A stretch of 63,777 bases of DNA, the filler included, from Octopus bimaculoides (taxonomy: Eukaryota): assembly GCF_001194135.2 (NCBI RefSeq). It is 7 parts of 7 records of this genome, joined end to end, with 100 filler letters (N's around TTAATTAATTAA, not from the genome) between each part and the next. Parts side by side here need not be neighbours in the genome. Positions count along the whole stretch, not along the records: positions 56,718 to 63,777 come from NC_068986.1; 6 more parts are not named here. One strand, written 5' to 3'. A program made the position numbers and the translations under genes. This document shows, piece after piece, positions 63,721 through 63,777 of the stretch (positions within the stretch are counted from its first letter, which is position 1; each line of letters begins with the position of its first letter). Below the pieces are notes generated by a model, which was given only the letters and a program-made list of their open reading frames with translations, was not told the DNA's origin and did no database searches.

Positions 63721-63777
63721 TTGTGCATATATATGTATGCATATGTATATATACACACATTATATATATATATATAT

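Overview
AT-rich, repeat-saturated animal genomic DNA. The SINE/LINE families and extreme microsatellite load resemble an octopod cephalopod (Octopus sp.); this is an inference, no search was run. The window is a draft pseudo-scaffold: at least 7 pieces joined by six artificial N44-TTAATTAATTAA-N44 linkers, plus many N gaps, so long-range order and orientation are uncertain. Almost every ORF in the supplied track is an artefact of N runs or microsatellites. Recognisable content: three or four tRNA-derived SINE families; decayed LINE fragments (R4/Dong, RTE with a PHD-like insert, Tx1/L1-like, CR1/L2-like); a Penelope-like element carrying a tRNA-like Pol III head and a minimal hammerhead ribozyme; two MITE-like elements; and two degenerate minisatellites. 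No complete gene is identifiable. Manual reading found two phase-compatible chains of short candidate exons (minus strand ~36.1-43.0 kb, plus strand ~61.1-63.5 kb) and a few isolated candidate exons, none of which I can name. Best leads: the Penelope/tRNA-head/hammerhead composite at 58.8-59.5 kb, the two exon chains, and R4/Dong elements stacked in each other's (TAA)n tails.
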